Of a stretch of 64,000 nt of DNA, positions 1 through 10,523 are shown one piece after another. Origin of the DNA: Candidatus Latescibacterota bacterium (lineage in GTDB: Bacteria; Latescibacterota; UBA2968; UBA8231); assembly GCA_965248265.1 (NCBI GenBank), contig CBDFJF010000001.1, positions 2,080,001-2,144,000 of the forward strand, in the 5' to 3' direction. Every line of letters begins with the position of its first letter. Position 1 is the stretch's first letter. The notes below the pieces were generated by a model, which ran no database searches, had not been told where the DNA came from, and worked only from the letters and a program-made list of their open reading frames with translations. A program made the translations under genes and the position numbers.

Positions 1-1
1 T

Positions 2-757
2 GGTTTTGCCGGCGCGGGGACAGTGGAGAGCCAGGAAGCGATAAGAGATGTTCTGGTAGAGGAAGGTTTCCACATCGACAACGTGCGCTCGATTACCAGT
101 GATGGCGGCTTGCTGTTGTGGGCTCTCGGCAACGACGGCATCGCCCTTATTGCCGGCACCGGGTCAATCTGCATCGGCCGCCGCAAGGAATCGTCCACAA
201 CGGACTATGTTGAGGCACGCGCGGGCGGGTACGGCTACCGCCTTGCCTCAGAGGTGGGTGGTTACGGGCTCGGCATCGGCGCCATCGATGCCGCCGTGCG
301 AATCGAAGATGGCCGGCGGCAGCAGCCAACTGCCCTGTACGAACTGGTTGGGCAGTGTTTCAGATTGACAAATCTGCAACAGATCATCCCCCACCTTTAT
401 CCGGCTGCCCAAGAGAAGGACGATGTGCGGGAAAAAGTCGCGACGCTGGCGAGCGGCGTGCTGAGAGCGGCCGCAACTGGAGACGGTGTGGCCTTGGAGT
501 TGGTTGAGAAAGCCGTCGATGAGCTTGCGGATCTCATCCAGGCCGTATTCCACAAATTGGGAGCCCGATCCTCCCATGTCGGCCTGCACGGCGGATTGTT
601 CACCGATCCGCATGCGCACGACCTGCTACTCGAGCCACTAAAACAGCATGTGGCGATATGCGAACTGCCACTGAAATTCGAGTCGCTGGGCGTGAAACCG
701 GGCGACAGGGACCCTTTGCTTGAGGCGATGAAATTCGTGTCACCATCATCACCATAG
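2..757 (+). CDS. BadF/BadG/BcrA/BcrD-type ATPase, N-acetylglucosamine kinase-like sugar kinase (5'-truncated by window edge)
   Basis: Frame open from window start (GFAGAG..); motifs SDG, IAGTGSI, RAGGYGY..SE.GGY..G, GLHGGLF typical of GlcNAc kinase-like ASKHA proteins. Confidence 0.8.
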   Translation, partial: GFAGAGTVESQEAIRDVLVEEGFHIDNVRSITSDGGLLLWALGNDGIALIAGTGSICIGRRKESSTTDYVEARAGGYGYRLASEVGGYGLGIGAIDAAVRIEDGRRQQPTALYELVGQCFRLTNLQQIIPHLYPAAQEKDDVREKVATLASGVLRAAATGDGVALELVEKAVDELADLIQAVFHKLGARSSHVGLHGGLFTDPHAHDLLLEPLKQHVAICELPLKFESLGVKPGDRDPLLEAMKFVSPSSP

Positions 758-913
758 CGACTCGATCAGCGAATCGTGCGCTCCAAACATCGTACATGTT
801 GCAATGACTCCCTGCGCTGCTTGTTCAGGCTCTCGTGCCATCGTAAGATAGCCCAGGCTTTCAAGCATCACAGCAATCTGACTCGAGCTGCTATAAACCA
901 GGAGTGACTCTGC

Positions 914-1609
914 GTGCCATCATTCCCGGGCGTCAAAGCTCTCACCTTCGACCTGTTCGGTACTGTGCTAGACCTCGGCGGCAGTCTTACGCCTCACGTC
1001 GGCTCCTTCCTGAATCAGAAGGGATCATCCATCTCAGCGGATCAATTCTGGCAGCAGTGGCGCGCCCGACAGCGTCTCGAGCAGTTTCAGGATACCATCA
1101 TGGCGCTGGGTCACGGGGGCTACCTGGAGACGGTGCGCAGAGCCTTCGTCTACACTCTTGGCTTGAACCGAATCGAGGCCACGGAGGACGAAGTCACCCA
1201 GTTCCTGGAGTGCTGGCAGCAACTTTCGCCCTTCCCGGATGTCGCAGAGGCCCTTCCTAGATTGCGTGAACACTACCAGCTGATCGCGCTCTCGAACGGC
1301 GATGCCTGGTTTCTGGAGCATCTGGCCGCCAATCGCATTCACTACGACTTCGATCATATCATCTCGGTCGATCTGATCGGCGCCTTCAAACCGCATCCAG
1401 GGGTCTATCGAAGAGCTGCCACCATCGCAAGTCTCGAAATCGGTGAGTGCATGATGGTGTCGACGAATTCCTTCGACGTGGTCGGCGCCAGGGCATGCGG
1501 CATGCGCGGAGCGTGGGTCAATCGCAACCAGCTGCCCTACGAGGATACTCCCTACCGCCCAGATGTAACCGTTGACGACTTCACGCAGTTGGCTCAGGTC
1601 ATCGCCTGA
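914..1609 (+). CDS. Haloacid dehalogenase type II (HAD family hydrolase)
   Basis: TFDLFGTVLD motif I, LSNG, FKPHPGVY, VSTNSFDVVGA..G; GGAG RBS at 901-904 before GTG. Confidence 0.88.
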   Translation: MPSFPGVKALTFDLFGTVLDLGGSLTPHVGSFLNQKGSSISADQFWQQWRARQRLEQFQDTIMALGHGGYLETVRRAFVYTLGLNRIEATEDEVTQFLECWQQLSPFPDVAEALPRLREHYQLIALSNGDAWFLEHLAANRIHYDFDHIISVDLIGAFKPHPGVYRRAATIASLEIGECMMVSTNSFDVVGARACGMRGAWVNRNQLPYEDTPYRPDVTVDDFTQLAQVIA

Positions 1610-1713
1610 GCGCAACCGGCGGCTTGCTTATATGGCGAGGTGCCATACAATCCGTATTACGATCACGAAACTGAATCCTGCAAGTACCATCCAATCAAGT
1701 TGGAGTCGATGAC

Positions 1714-2631
1714 ATGAACGTAGCAGATACCCGGACAGCCCTGACCGGCAATGCGGTCGCCGTGCCCCCGACGATTTGGCGCAGCGCCGGTGAACTGGAC
1801 CTGGATGCCAACGTCAAGAACGCCGAATTCGCTTTCGGGAATGGGATCTCCGCAGCCGTTTACGCCGGTGGGGTTGGTGAGCACGACCGCTTGTCAGCTG
1901 AGCAGCAGATTGAGTTACTGACTGCCGTGACGCCGGCGATCCGCGCCAAAGCCGGAAACGCCTGCATCGGCACAGGATTGGGCCGCACCTTGGAGCGTGT
2001 TAAAGAGTTGGTTCCGACTCTGGCGGAGTTGGAGATCGCCTACGCCATGATGATGCCGCCTGACACCGACGACATGGATGAACAGGTTGCCTACTACACC
2101 GAGGTCATGGGTCTTCTGACCGAGAACGGCATCGGACCCGTGTTGTATCCCCGGCCCGAGCATCCGATGAAGGCGGACATGGTAGAACGGTTGTTGGACT
2201 TGTGTGAAGTACCCGGTGTGAAACTGGCTAACAACGGCTTGCTGCTGGCCTATGCCGAAATGGTCGAGCGCCTCGGACACGGGCGCACCGCCTGGCTGTG
2301 CGGCACCGCAGGATGGTGGATGCCGGCTTACTGGTCAGTGGGCGCTGCCCGAGGCATGTCAACGGGTATCGGCAACGCCTTTCCTGACATACCCCTCAAT
2401 ATGTTGAAGCAGCTCGACGATGGCAGTTTCGAGCACGACAACACCTACTGGACCATGGTGCGCATCGAACAGATTCGCCTGCGTGAGAAATCCTACGTTG
2501 CCCTGGTCATCAAGCACTTGCAGGAACTGGCGGGCCTGACAGGCGGCATGAACGGGGATGGTTCTGAGTTGCCGGACGACGTCAAGGCCGAAGTAGAGGC
2601 GCTGGCGCGCGGTGCCGGCTGGCTCGGATAG
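1714..2631 (+). CDS. Dihydrodipicolinate synthase family protein (KdgD-like class I aldolase/dehydratase)
   Basis: GGVGE (cf. GGTGE), MMMPP, VLYPR, Schiff-base GVK, STGIGNAFP. Confidence 0.75.
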   Translation: MNVADTRTALTGNAVAVPPTIWRSAGELDLDANVKNAEFAFGNGISAAVYAGGVGEHDRLSAEQQIELLTAVTPAIRAKAGNACIGTGLGRTLERVKELVPTLAELEIAYAMMMPPDTDDMDEQVAYYTEVMGLLTENGIGPVLYPRPEHPMKADMVERLLDLCEVPGVKLANNGLLLAYAEMVERLGHGRTAWLCGTAGWWMPAYWSVGAARGMSTGIGNAFPDIPLNMLKQLDDGSFEHDNTYWTMVRIEQIRLREKSYVALVIKHLQELAGLTGGMNGDGSELPDDVKAEVEALARGAGWLG

Positions 2632-2647
2632 CGGCCACTCGCCGCGA

Positions 2648-3439
2648 TTATTCCGGTGCCTCGGGCAACGTCAACCCCAGCACGAACCCACCATCCACAC
2701 GCAGCACTGAGCCCGTAACATAATCGGCATCGTCGCTGGCCAGATAGGCCGCGGCCTTGCCGATGTCTTCGGGAACGCCCATCCGTCCCCAGGGAATTCT
2801 CTTTCCACCCGCTATCAGGTCTTCCTCGGTCGAGTACTTCCGCTCTCCAGGCGTGTCGATCCAACCCGGGTTGATGACGTTGACGTTGACATGCAGACGG
2901 GCTAGTTCCGCTGCCATCGTTCGTCCAAGATGATTGATCGCTGCCTTGGCCATGTTGTAGGCGGCGCTGGTCGGTATCGCCAGCTCGGCGTGCACGGAGC
3001 TGATGATGACGATCTTGCCGCGAGTGCGTCCGCTGATCTCCTGCTTGACCATCTGCTGTGCCGCCATCTGGCAGGTGTGAAACACCCCAAATTGCGCCAC
3101 GTCGGCCGTACGCTGCACATGCTCCCATTCAGCGTCGACGACCAGCTGTCGTTTGGAGGTGGCGGCATTGGCGACGGCGACGTCGAGCCGGCCGAAATGC
3201 TCCACGGTCGCATTCACGAGCCCGGCAACAGCCTCACGATCGCCCACATCAGCCTGCCAGACCATCGCCTTCCTCCCCATCTGGCGAATAGCCTCAGCCA
3301 CTTCCTCTGCCTCGTCCGGATGGGTGCGATAGTTCACGCAGACATCCGCACCCTCTTCGGCCAGGCACAGGGCGATGCCGCGTCCGATACCTCGTGACGC
3401 TCCAGTTATCAGCGCTACTTTGTCAGTGAATCGTTGCAT
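2648..3439 (-). CDS. Short-chain dehydrogenase/reductase (glucose 1-dehydrogenase/FabG-like)
   Basis: TGASRGIG, ANAA, SS, YNMAK, PGWIDT, YVTG..L.VDGG; start taken at MQRFTDK (3439). Confidence 0.9.
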   Translation of the reverse strand: MQRFTDKVALITGASRGIGRGIALCLAEEGADVCVNYRTHPDEAEEVAEAIRQMGRKAMVWQADVGDREAVAGLVNATVEHFGRLDVAVANAATSKRQLVVDAEWEHVQRTADVAQFGVFHTCQMAAQQMVKQEISGRTRGKIVIISSVHAELAIPTSAAYNMAKAAINHLGRTMAAELARLHVNVNVINPGWIDTPGERKYSTEEDLIAGGKRIPWGRMGVPEDIGKAAAYLASDDADYVTGSVLRVDGGFVLGLTLPEAPE

Positions 3440-3453
3440 CGTTCGACCGTCTT

Positions 3454-4158
3454 TCAATAAGAGATGTTGGGATACCAGTCCGTGCCGCGACCTTCCGGAG
3501 TCAGATCGAGCAGGTTCCACAGAGGCCATATCAGATCACAGTGACGCGGATTCTGACCCGCGGCGCTACCAGCGAAGAACAATTCGCTGTTGTAAGAATG
3601 GTGGATCTGCCCCTCAGATCGCACGAATACGTTCAGCGATGGATCCTGGTCGCCGTCCGCGTCCTCGGCGTAGTAGTCCTGGTTATAGGTGTTGTTCTCG
3701 GATGAGAGCAGCCGCAGATTGTGCCAGTTGCGCTCGGCCGCCCAAGCTCGAATTCTCGCCAGCGGCGCTCGGGCGACAATGACGAGATTGACTCGCGCTC
3801 GGGCGTGCAGGGCTGTGCCATTCAGGCTGTCCAGCAAGGAGGTGCACATCGGGCATGGTTTGTCGTCCGCACGGGGTCCGTACATGAATCCGTATATGAT
3901 CAGTGCGTCGCTGCTTGGACAGGTAAACAGGTCCGGCAGGCGCACCTCGTTGCTTGTGGTGGAGTCCGTCAGATCCGGCGCTCCCTCTTCGAACACGTAG
4001 TCCTCTTTGAGACGTCCGCCAGGAGGCAAGGTGCGCCGCAATGCCGCGACCTCTTCGATCTGTCTTCTCAGTTCGATCTCCCGGTCCAGCAGCCTGTCAC
4101 GTGCCTCTCGATACTCCGTGCTCTCACCAGGGAATTCCACATCGTGATGTCTGCCCAT
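3454..4158 (-). CDS. DUF899 family thioredoxin-like protein
   Basis: EYREAR..LL..E..LRRQIE.VAA.RR.LP.GG, CPMC, IWPLWNLLDLTPEGRG..W.P. Confidence 0.85.
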   Translation of the reverse strand: MGRHHDVEFPGESTEYREARDRLLDREIELRRQIEEVAALRRTLPPGGRLKEDYVFEEGAPDLTDSTTSNEVRLPDLFTCPSSDALIIYGFMYGPRADDKPCPMCTSLLDSLNGTALHARARVNLVIVARAPLARIRAWAAERNWHNLRLLSSENNTYNQDYYAEDADGDQDPSLNVFVRSEGQIHHSYNSELFFAGSAAGQNPRHCDLIWPLWNLLDLTPEGRGTDWYPNISY

Positions 4159-4199
4159 CGTCGACCTTCCTGAATCTATACTCGGTTTTTTCCGCTATT

Positions 4200-5141
4200 T
4201 CATGCCAGCGCCCTGTCAAAGAACAGGCGCAGCATGCGCTGTCTCTCAGCGGCGACGGCGCAACGGACACGCTGTCCCACTCTGTCGCCTTCATTCGCGT
4301 ACGGTCGTCGGTCAAATACTACCTGGCCGGCAGTAAGATCACCCTCTGTCTCGATATCGATCCAGTACTCTTCGTAGTCGCAGATCGATGCGTCTATCGT
4401 CGTCGCCACCGCCAGTGGATCGTGCAGGTAGAAGACTGCATCTCCGGACATTCTTTCAGCGTTGGCCATACCGACCCGAGTCGCATCCTCGCAGAACAGG
4501 ACAGCAGGTGATGAGTTGGTCTTCCTTTTCTGTTGGATCTCTTCCCGCGACAAATGCGCCATCCGCGTTGCGTCCAGGGGAACCAGACTCAGCCCTGCAC
4601 CGGACCTGATCACTGCCCTGGCGGCGTCAGGATCAACGAAGAAGTTGAACTCGCTGTGTGGAGCCACATTGCCGGGACTCTGCAACGCCCCTCCCATCAC
4701 GACGATCTCGTTGGCACACTGCAGAATACCGGGATCGTCCTGCTCGGCAAGGGCGAGATTGGTCAGGGGCCCCAGTCCGATCACCGTAACCGCACCAGGC
4801 TCTGCCCTTAATGCAAACCTCAGAAAATCGACGGCGTCACCGTGCGCGGAAATGGACGGCGCGGGCAATACGGCTTCGCCGAGGCCGGTCTCACCATGGA
4901 ACGCCTTGGCATGAACGGCATCCCGCCGCAGAGGACGCTCTGCCCCTTCATAGACGGGAATGTCTCCACGTCCGGCGAGCTCCAAAACCTTGAGCGCGTT
5001 TTCGACACCCAAGTTCAACGGCACGTTGCCGTTGACGACAGTGAGCGCCCGCACCTCTAATTCCTCAGAGCGCAGCGCCAATAGAATGGCAAGTGCATCA
5101 TCTACACCGGGATCGACGTCGAGAATGACAGGTTTCGGCAT
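4200..5141 (-). CDS. Inosine/uridine-preferring nucleoside hydrolase
   Basis: DVDPGVDDA Ca-binding motif, GPLTNLA, MGG..GNV...EFNF..DP, LHDPLA. Confidence 0.92.
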   Translation of the reverse strand: MPKPVILDVDPGVDDALAILLALRSEELEVRALTVVNGNVPLNLGVENALKVLELAGRGDIPVYEGAERPLRRDAVHAKAFHGETGLGEAVLPAPSISAHGDAVDFLRFALRAEPGAVTVIGLGPLTNLALAEQDDPGILQCANEIVVMGGALQSPGNVAPHSEFNFFVDPDAARAVIRSGAGLSLVPLDATRMAHLSREEIQQKRKTNSSPAVLFCEDATRVGMANAERMSGDAVFYLHDPLAVATTIDASICDYEEYWIDIETEGDLTAGQVVFDRRPYANEGDRVGQRVRCAVAAERQRMLRLFFDRALA

Positions 5142-5254
5142 GGCGGGCGATTCCTGGGCGTTGCCCACGGACGTTAATCGCGATACGTTCCTGATTCAGA
5201 TAGACGGAATAGTAAGACACGGAACCAGCTCGATCTACCGACCCGTTTCTCCAG

Positions 5255-6028
5255 ATGCCCGACCCTGACCCGCAACTCGTCGAACTGCTCCGCAACGCCG
5301 GCGACATCCTCATCTTTACCGGCGCTGGTATCTCCACCGGCAGCGGCATCCCCGACTTCCGCGGCCCACAGGGCGTCTGGAAAACCCGCCAACCCGTCTA
5401 CTATCAGGACTTCATGACCTCGGAAGAAGCCCGCGTCGAGGCCTGGGATTTCAAGCTCGAGAGCTGGGAGTACTTCAGGGACGCGCGACCGACGGCGACC
5501 CACCGTGCCATCGTCGAACTCGAACGCTCGGGTAAGTTGACTATGGTTGTCACCCAGAACATCGATGGACTCCATCAGACAGCCGGCACTTCACGGGACA
5601 AGCTGATCGAGATCCATGGCACCAACTCGGAGATAGAATGCCAGAGTTGTGGCGAACGCTCCGAACCACAAAAGCACTTCACGCAGTTTGCCACGACGCG
5701 CCAGCCACCCGTGTGCCACTGTGGCGGCTACCTAAAGTCCGCGACCATCAGCTTCGGTCAGAACCTGGTTGAGGACGATCTTGAAGCGGCATCGAAAGCT
5801 GCTCAGCAGTCTGATTTGGTTGTAGCGTTGGGTTCCACGCTTGGTGTCTACCCAGCCGCCTCGTTACCTCTGATGGCCGCCGAGCGCGGCGTACCCTACG
5901 TCATCGTCAACCGCGGTGAAACCGAACACGACGGGCGCCGCGGTGTGACCCGTCGCCTTGAAGGTAATGTCGACGAGTTGTTCGCACCGGCCTGCCTGGC
6001 AGCAACCGGAGGATGTGGTTCGATATGA
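5255..6028 (+). CDS. cobB: NAD-dependent protein deacylase, sirtuin family
   Basis: TGAGISTGSGIPDFRG, TQNIDGLHQ.AG, EIHG, CxxC...CxC, FGQ, GSTL.VYPAA, VN. Confidence 0.92.
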   Translation: MPDPDPQLVELLRNAGDILIFTGAGISTGSGIPDFRGPQGVWKTRQPVYYQDFMTSEEARVEAWDFKLESWEYFRDARPTATHRAIVELERSGKLTMVVTQNIDGLHQTAGTSRDKLIEIHGTNSEIECQSCGERSEPQKHFTQFATTRQPPVCHCGGYLKSATISFGQNLVEDDLEAASKAAQQSDLVVALGSTLGVYPAASLPLMAAERGVPYVIVNRGETEHDGRRGVTRRLEGNVDELFAPACLAATGGCGSI

Positions 6029-7173
6029 ACGTCCAGGTCAGACAGCTGTCGGCTGCTGATTTCGAGGAAGCGATGGAGATGATGAACCTCGCCTTCTTCG
6101 CAGGCAGTCCGACCCAGTTCCAGCGCCTCGTGCCGAAGCTCTACAGGCCGACCGATGAGCTCATGTCGTGTAACTACGCCGCCATTATCGATGGCAGCAT
6201 CAAAGCCGTCGTCGGCGTGTTCCCGCTGGACTGGCACATCGACCGCTCCCTATTGCGCGTGGCCGGCATTGGTGGTGTCTGTACCCATCCCGACTATCGC
6301 CAGCGCGGCCTGATGAAACTGCTGATGCCCCACTGCATGCATGAGGCACGCATTCAGGGATATCACCTCTCATGGCTCGGGGGACAGCGGCAACGCTATG
6401 CCTATTTCGGTTACGAGACCTGCGGCGTGGGCATCAAATTTAATCTCAATAGGAACAACATCAGGCATAACTTTGAGTCGCCGTCACAGATCCGCTTTGA
6501 AGTCATCCAGGAAGATCACAGCGATCGGCTTCAGCAGGCGTGCGACCTTCACGCCGCCCAGCCCATACATGTGCAACGCCCCGAGGCGGACGTCTACCAT
6601 TATCTGAGCGGTTGGGGTTTGCTCCCCCACGCGGCACTGGAGGCCGGCAAGATGGTCGGCTATCTCGTCGCCGGTTCAGACCCAACGATCAACGAGCTCG
6701 TCGCCCGCGATCACGACACGGCACTGCGGATGGCGCATGCCTGGGTGGAAAACGGCGACGCCGGGAAAGCCCAAATCACGGTGGGACCCCTGGAAGGTGG
6801 GATGCTCTCCTCGTTGGGCGATATCAGCGAGAGCGTGACCATCGGGCACGCCGGCAACTGGCAGGTGTTCGATTGGGTGAGCGTCGTCGATATCCTGCTC
6901 AAAGCCCGGCACTCGAGATCACCCTTGATCGACGGTGTGGTGAGCTTGTCGATTGAGAGCTACGGGGTGCTGGAGGTTGAAGTGGGTGGAGGAGAAGCCG
7001 GTTGCCGCATGATCGAGGGCGTTGCCACCATCCACTGCGATACCCTGCTGGCGCACCGCCTTCTGTTCGGTCCGCTCAGGCCGTCGCAGGTGATGGAACT
7101 TCCGGCCGGAGCGGAGACATTGGACGGCTGGTGTCCCCTGCCCCTGTACATGGCACCGCAAGACCGCGTCTGA
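6025..7173 (+). CDS. GNAT family N-acetyltransferase, Eis-like
   Basis: AGIGGVCTHPDYRQRGLM acetyl-CoA motif, RYAYFGYE, Eis-like length (about 380 aa); ATG overlaps sirtuin stop (ATGA 6025-6028). Confidence 0.82.
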   Translation: MNVQVRQLSAADFEEAMEMMNLAFFAGSPTQFQRLVPKLYRPTDELMSCNYAAIIDGSIKAVVGVFPLDWHIDRSLLRVAGIGGVCTHPDYRQRGLMKLLMPHCMHEARIQGYHLSWLGGQRQRYAYFGYETCGVGIKFNLNRNNIRHNFESPSQIRFEVIQEDHSDRLQQACDLHAAQPIHVQRPEADVYHYLSGWGLLPHAALEAGKMVGYLVAGSDPTINELVARDHDTALRMAHAWVENGDAGKAQITVGPLEGGMLSSLGDISESVTIGHAGNWQVFDWVSVVDILLKARHSRSPLIDGVVSLSIESYGVLEVEVGGGEAGCRMIEGVATIHCDTLLAHRLLFGPLRPSQVMELPAGAETLDGWCPLPLYMAPQDRV

Positions 7174-7198
7174 TCTGGGACACGCTGAGTGCCCGCAC

Positions 7199-8254
7199 TC
7201 ACCCGATTCTCAGCCGCGTCCAGCGGATACCGCACACACCCTCTTCCTCGCACCAGTGGGTGGCCAGAAAGATCTCATCGTCTAGGGGCACGGCTGTCGG
7301 AAATCCAAAGCGGATGAGAGCGATCTGTTCCTGAGAGCTGATTTTGTCTGTCAGCTCGAGCTGGGAGTTGCCGTCGTACATGGTACCCTCGAATTCAACA
7401 TCCCAGCTGGCACCCGCCGCGCACACCAGACACATCTGCACACTTTGCTGTCCGAAACGCTTGTTGTAGAGAACCAGAAAACGATCCTCGCCCAGTCCGA
7501 TCGGCGTCATCGTCTGACCCTGGATGCCCGTGGAGTGCGGACCGTCCCATGACGAACCTCCATCCTCGGAGAAGCTGTAGCGGTTCTTGAGATCAGTATC
7601 AGCGTCGTAGTCCTGTACCCACGCCGTTGCCAGCAGGCGCCCCGGTTGGTACTCGATCACCTTCTGTTCCAGGTAGCCGATTTTCGCGTCCGCGTCCTCG
7701 AAGACCGTGTGCATGGTCGGCCAGGTCGCACCTTGATCCGCCGACTCGTGAAGGACCACCCGCTCACCGTAGCGTCCATTGTGGAAGGTAGCTGCCGGCG
7801 CCAACCAGCGTCCATCCTCCGTGACCACGATCGAATTTGAGATCTCATAGGGACCGGAGATCTGGAATGGAATGACCTGCGGTGCGCCCCAGCTGCGGCC
7901 GCCGTCGGTGGAACGACACAGCACCGGCTCGGATTCATGACGCACGGTTTCTCCGCTGGACCGCTCCCTATGGTCCCGCTGTCCATAGGCGAGGATGGTT
8001 CCCTCCGCGGTGCGACTGAGCCGCAGGCTGTTGGTGACCAGCGGCTCCTCCGTCGGCTCCAGGATCGCTCCCTGGTAAGACCATGTACGGCCGTCGTCGC
8101 CAGATCGAGCGCAGTGAGTGCCACCCGATACGTGAGCCCCACCTCCCATGCTGAAACCACAGACGAGATCGCCGTCATCGAGCCGGACCGTGGTCGGAAA
8201 AGCCGAATCGCTGCGGTCGATATGACCGCTGTCGACTACTTCGATGCTAGGCAT
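7199..8254 (-). CDS. Sialidase/BNR (Asp-box) repeat protein
   Basis: AFP motif and Asp boxes SGDDGRTW, STDGGRSW, SADQGATW, SEDGGSSW; no signal peptide. Confidence 0.8.
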   Translation of the reverse strand: MPSIEVVDSGHIDRSDSAFPTTVRLDDGDLVCGFSMGGGAHVSGGTHCARSGDDGRTWSYQGAILEPTEEPLVTNSLRLSRTAEGTILAYGQRDHRERSSGETVRHESEPVLCRSTDGGRSWGAPQVIPFQISGPYEISNSIVVTEDGRWLAPAATFHNGRYGERVVLHESADQGATWPTMHTVFEDADAKIGYLEQKVIEYQPGRLLATAWVQDYDADTDLKNRYSFSEDGGSSWDGPHSTGIQGQTMTPIGLGEDRFLVLYNKRFGQQSVQMCLVCAAGASWDVEFEGTMYDGNSQLELTDKISSQEQIALIRFGFPTAVPLDDEIFLATHWCEEEGVCGIRWTRLRIG

Positions 8255-8504
8255 TGAGTAATCCTTCTCTCTTGTTTGTATAAGGTCGATCGTCTGTTGA
8301 GCAACAAATGCGTGGTGTATGTTTTGCCCGATAATGGTTGAGAACAATAACGAAGAGCTGCAGCGATCGACAATAGATGACCCATCTCCCGCTCACATTC
8401 CGATTGGCTCGATCTCAAGGTGGACTGGCCCCTTGGGATGCAGGATGTTTATCGCCTTCGTACCGGTTTCCATAACCTCCATTTCACCGCAAACAGCTGA
8501 CACC

Positions 8505-10424
8505 TTGAACTCCACCATCCCCAAGATTGGCCTGCTCACAGGCAGTATCCTGGTAGCCCTGGTCATCGGCGAAACGGCCTTGCGCCTGATAGGGAATGTG
8601 ACGGCTCCCGAGGTTCACGAGGAGGACGCGAAGGCCTTACCGGGTTTAGCGCGCGAGGATGAGCTCACCGAATGGTACCCACGGGAGGGCGTGACCCACC
8701 AGCGAACCGCCCCCGATGGCCGGCCCTTTCAGTTACGCATCAACTCCACTGGCCAGCGAGGGAACGAAGTCGGCGAGCGTGCGCCGGGAGAGCTTCGGGC
8801 ACTCTTTCTCGGCGACTCCTTTACCATGGCGCACTCACTCCCCGAAGAGGACACCTTCGTGGGCCGCGCTGGTACCCTTCTCGGGCAGGAATTGCCGTTC
8901 CCGACCATGTGCATCAATGGCGGCGTAAACGGTTACAGCACGTATCAGGAGTTGGCTTACTACCGATACTTCGGCCGCAAGTTGGAACCCGACGTCGTCG
9001 TCCTCTGCTTCTTCCTCGGAAACGATTTCCGCGACAACATGGTCGGCACCCGGCAGGCACGCTCCGTTAACCCGGTGATACTACCGACCTTCGAGCGTTT
9101 TGTGATGCGTCACCAGGAACCCTTTCTGCGACGGGGTGACGCAGCCCTGCGCGATCCGATCTCGGGAGATCTTGTTCTGCGTCCTGAATCAAAGTTCTTA
9201 GAAGTGGTCGAGCGCAACTCGTTTCTTGCTCGGTTGCTCGGTTCGCGCTACGCCAGCATTGTCGGCAAGTGGACCGGTGACATCGCGCTGCTGGATCGGC
9301 ATTCGCGCTACTACTTCTACGAAATCGGCCTGTTTCAACAACGCTTCGACGGATTGTTTCAGACAGCAATTGAGTTGACCCAGGAGGCAGTTCGACAGCT
9401 CCATCTATCTGTCGCCGAGGATGGCGCTGAACTCTTCGTGGTACTGCTGCCCTCACAGCACCAGGTTGATGAAGATCGCTGGCAGCGCACTTTGGCGGAA
9501 CTGGGCGTGACGGAAGATGATCTCGGGAGTCTCGACAAGCGCCATCCGAATCGCTTGATCACCGAGTTTTGCACTGCTCGCGGCATCCCCGTGCTCGATC
9601 TCCACGAACGCTTCGCCACGGCTCCAGACCCGTCAACGCTTTACACAGCCGCGATCGATGACCGGCATTTCTCCGCCGCCGGACAGGTATTGACCGCCGA
9701 GGTGATGGCGAGTTTTCTGGCACCGAGGCTGAGCGGACCTTTTTATAAAGCCACTCAGTCATTTCGATCGGGGCGACAATCAATGGACCGGAAACGTGTG
9801 GCCGCCGCCGAGCGTAGTCTGATCGAGGCATCGCGATTGCGACCACGGTGGAGCGCTCCCCACGTTGCCCTTGGCGAGCTGTACCATCAATCTGGTGCCT
9901 TGGAGAAAGCAGCCCAGCACTTCAATCAGGCCATCGCCCGCAATCCCGAGTCCTGGCGAGCCCGTGAGGGTTTCGCTGAGGTCTGTGTGGCAGGAGGCGA
10001 TCTGGAGACGGCTCTCCAGGCCTATCTCCAGGCCCTGAAGCTGCGTCCGGCGTGGTGGCCATATCGTCAGAGACTGCAGCAGATTCATCTTCTGCGCGGC
10101 GAGACGGTCGCTGCCGCACAACACCAACGCGCCGTTGAGAGTGCCGTCGCGGCATCCGCGCGTGTGAGACGGTTCTGGTGGTCGGAGCATTACGCCGCCG
10201 CCGCGAGGTTCGTCACTCGGAGCAAATGGCCCGAAGCGGAGCGCGAGTTCATTCGCGCCACCGTGTTTCTACCTGAGGACCCGGTATCGTACTTCAACTT
10301 GGCCAGCCTCTACGAACACTTGTCCAGACCAGACGAAGCAGTAGCCACCTACCAGAAAGCCCTTGAAGTGGCACCGGATTTTACGCCCGCGAGAGAGCGG
10401 CTACGCAGTTTGCGCGCGGAGTAA
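8505..10424 (+). CDS. Membrane-anchored SGNH/GDSL hydrolase fused to C-terminal TPR repeats
   Basis: N-terminal TM (IGLLTGSILVALVIGETALRL), GDSF, GVNGYSTYQE, FLGND, DRHF; TPR patterns (LGELY...A...P; NLASLY...A.ATYQKAL..P). Start uncertain: ORF is open from 8319, TTG at 8505 chosen. Confidence 0.75.
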   Translation: MNSTIPKIGLLTGSILVALVIGETALRLIGNVTAPEVHEEDAKALPGLAREDELTEWYPREGVTHQRTAPDGRPFQLRINSTGQRGNEVGERAPGELRALFLGDSFTMAHSLPEEDTFVGRAGTLLGQELPFPTMCINGGVNGYSTYQELAYYRYFGRKLEPDVVVLCFFLGNDFRDNMVGTRQARSVNPVILPTFERFVMRHQEPFLRRGDAALRDPISGDLVLRPESKFLEVVERNSFLARLLGSRYASIVGKWTGDIALLDRHSRYYFYEIGLFQQRFDGLFQTAIELTQEAVRQLHLSVAEDGAELFVVLLPSQHQVDEDRWQRTLAELGVTEDDLGSLDKRHPNRLITEFCTARGIPVLDLHERFATAPDPSTLYTAAIDDRHFSAAGQVLTAEVMASFLAPRLSGPFYKATQSFRSGRQSMDRKRVAAAERSLIEASRLRPRWSAPHVALGELYHQSGALEKAAQHFNQAIARNPESWRAREGFAEVCVAGGDLETALQAYLQALKLRPAWWPYRQRLQQIHLLRGETVAAAQHQRAVESAVAASARVRRFWWSEHYAAAARFVTRSKWPEAEREFIRATVFLPEDPVSYFNLASLYEHLSRPDEAVATYQKALEVAPDFTPARERLRSLRAE

Positions 10425-10523
10425 CGCTTGGTTTTTTGCCCGGGAGAGAGGATTGGCGTTGCTTTCAATCCACCGAGTCTCAATGACTGGATCAAACTGC
10501 CGATCGCATGACAGGAGCCGAAC

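Noticed and set aside
5255-6028. Sir2-type anti-phage effector (Thoeris/DSR-like)
   Set aside because: It has the canonical CobB-type deacylase motifs with a Zn module and no defence-gene context
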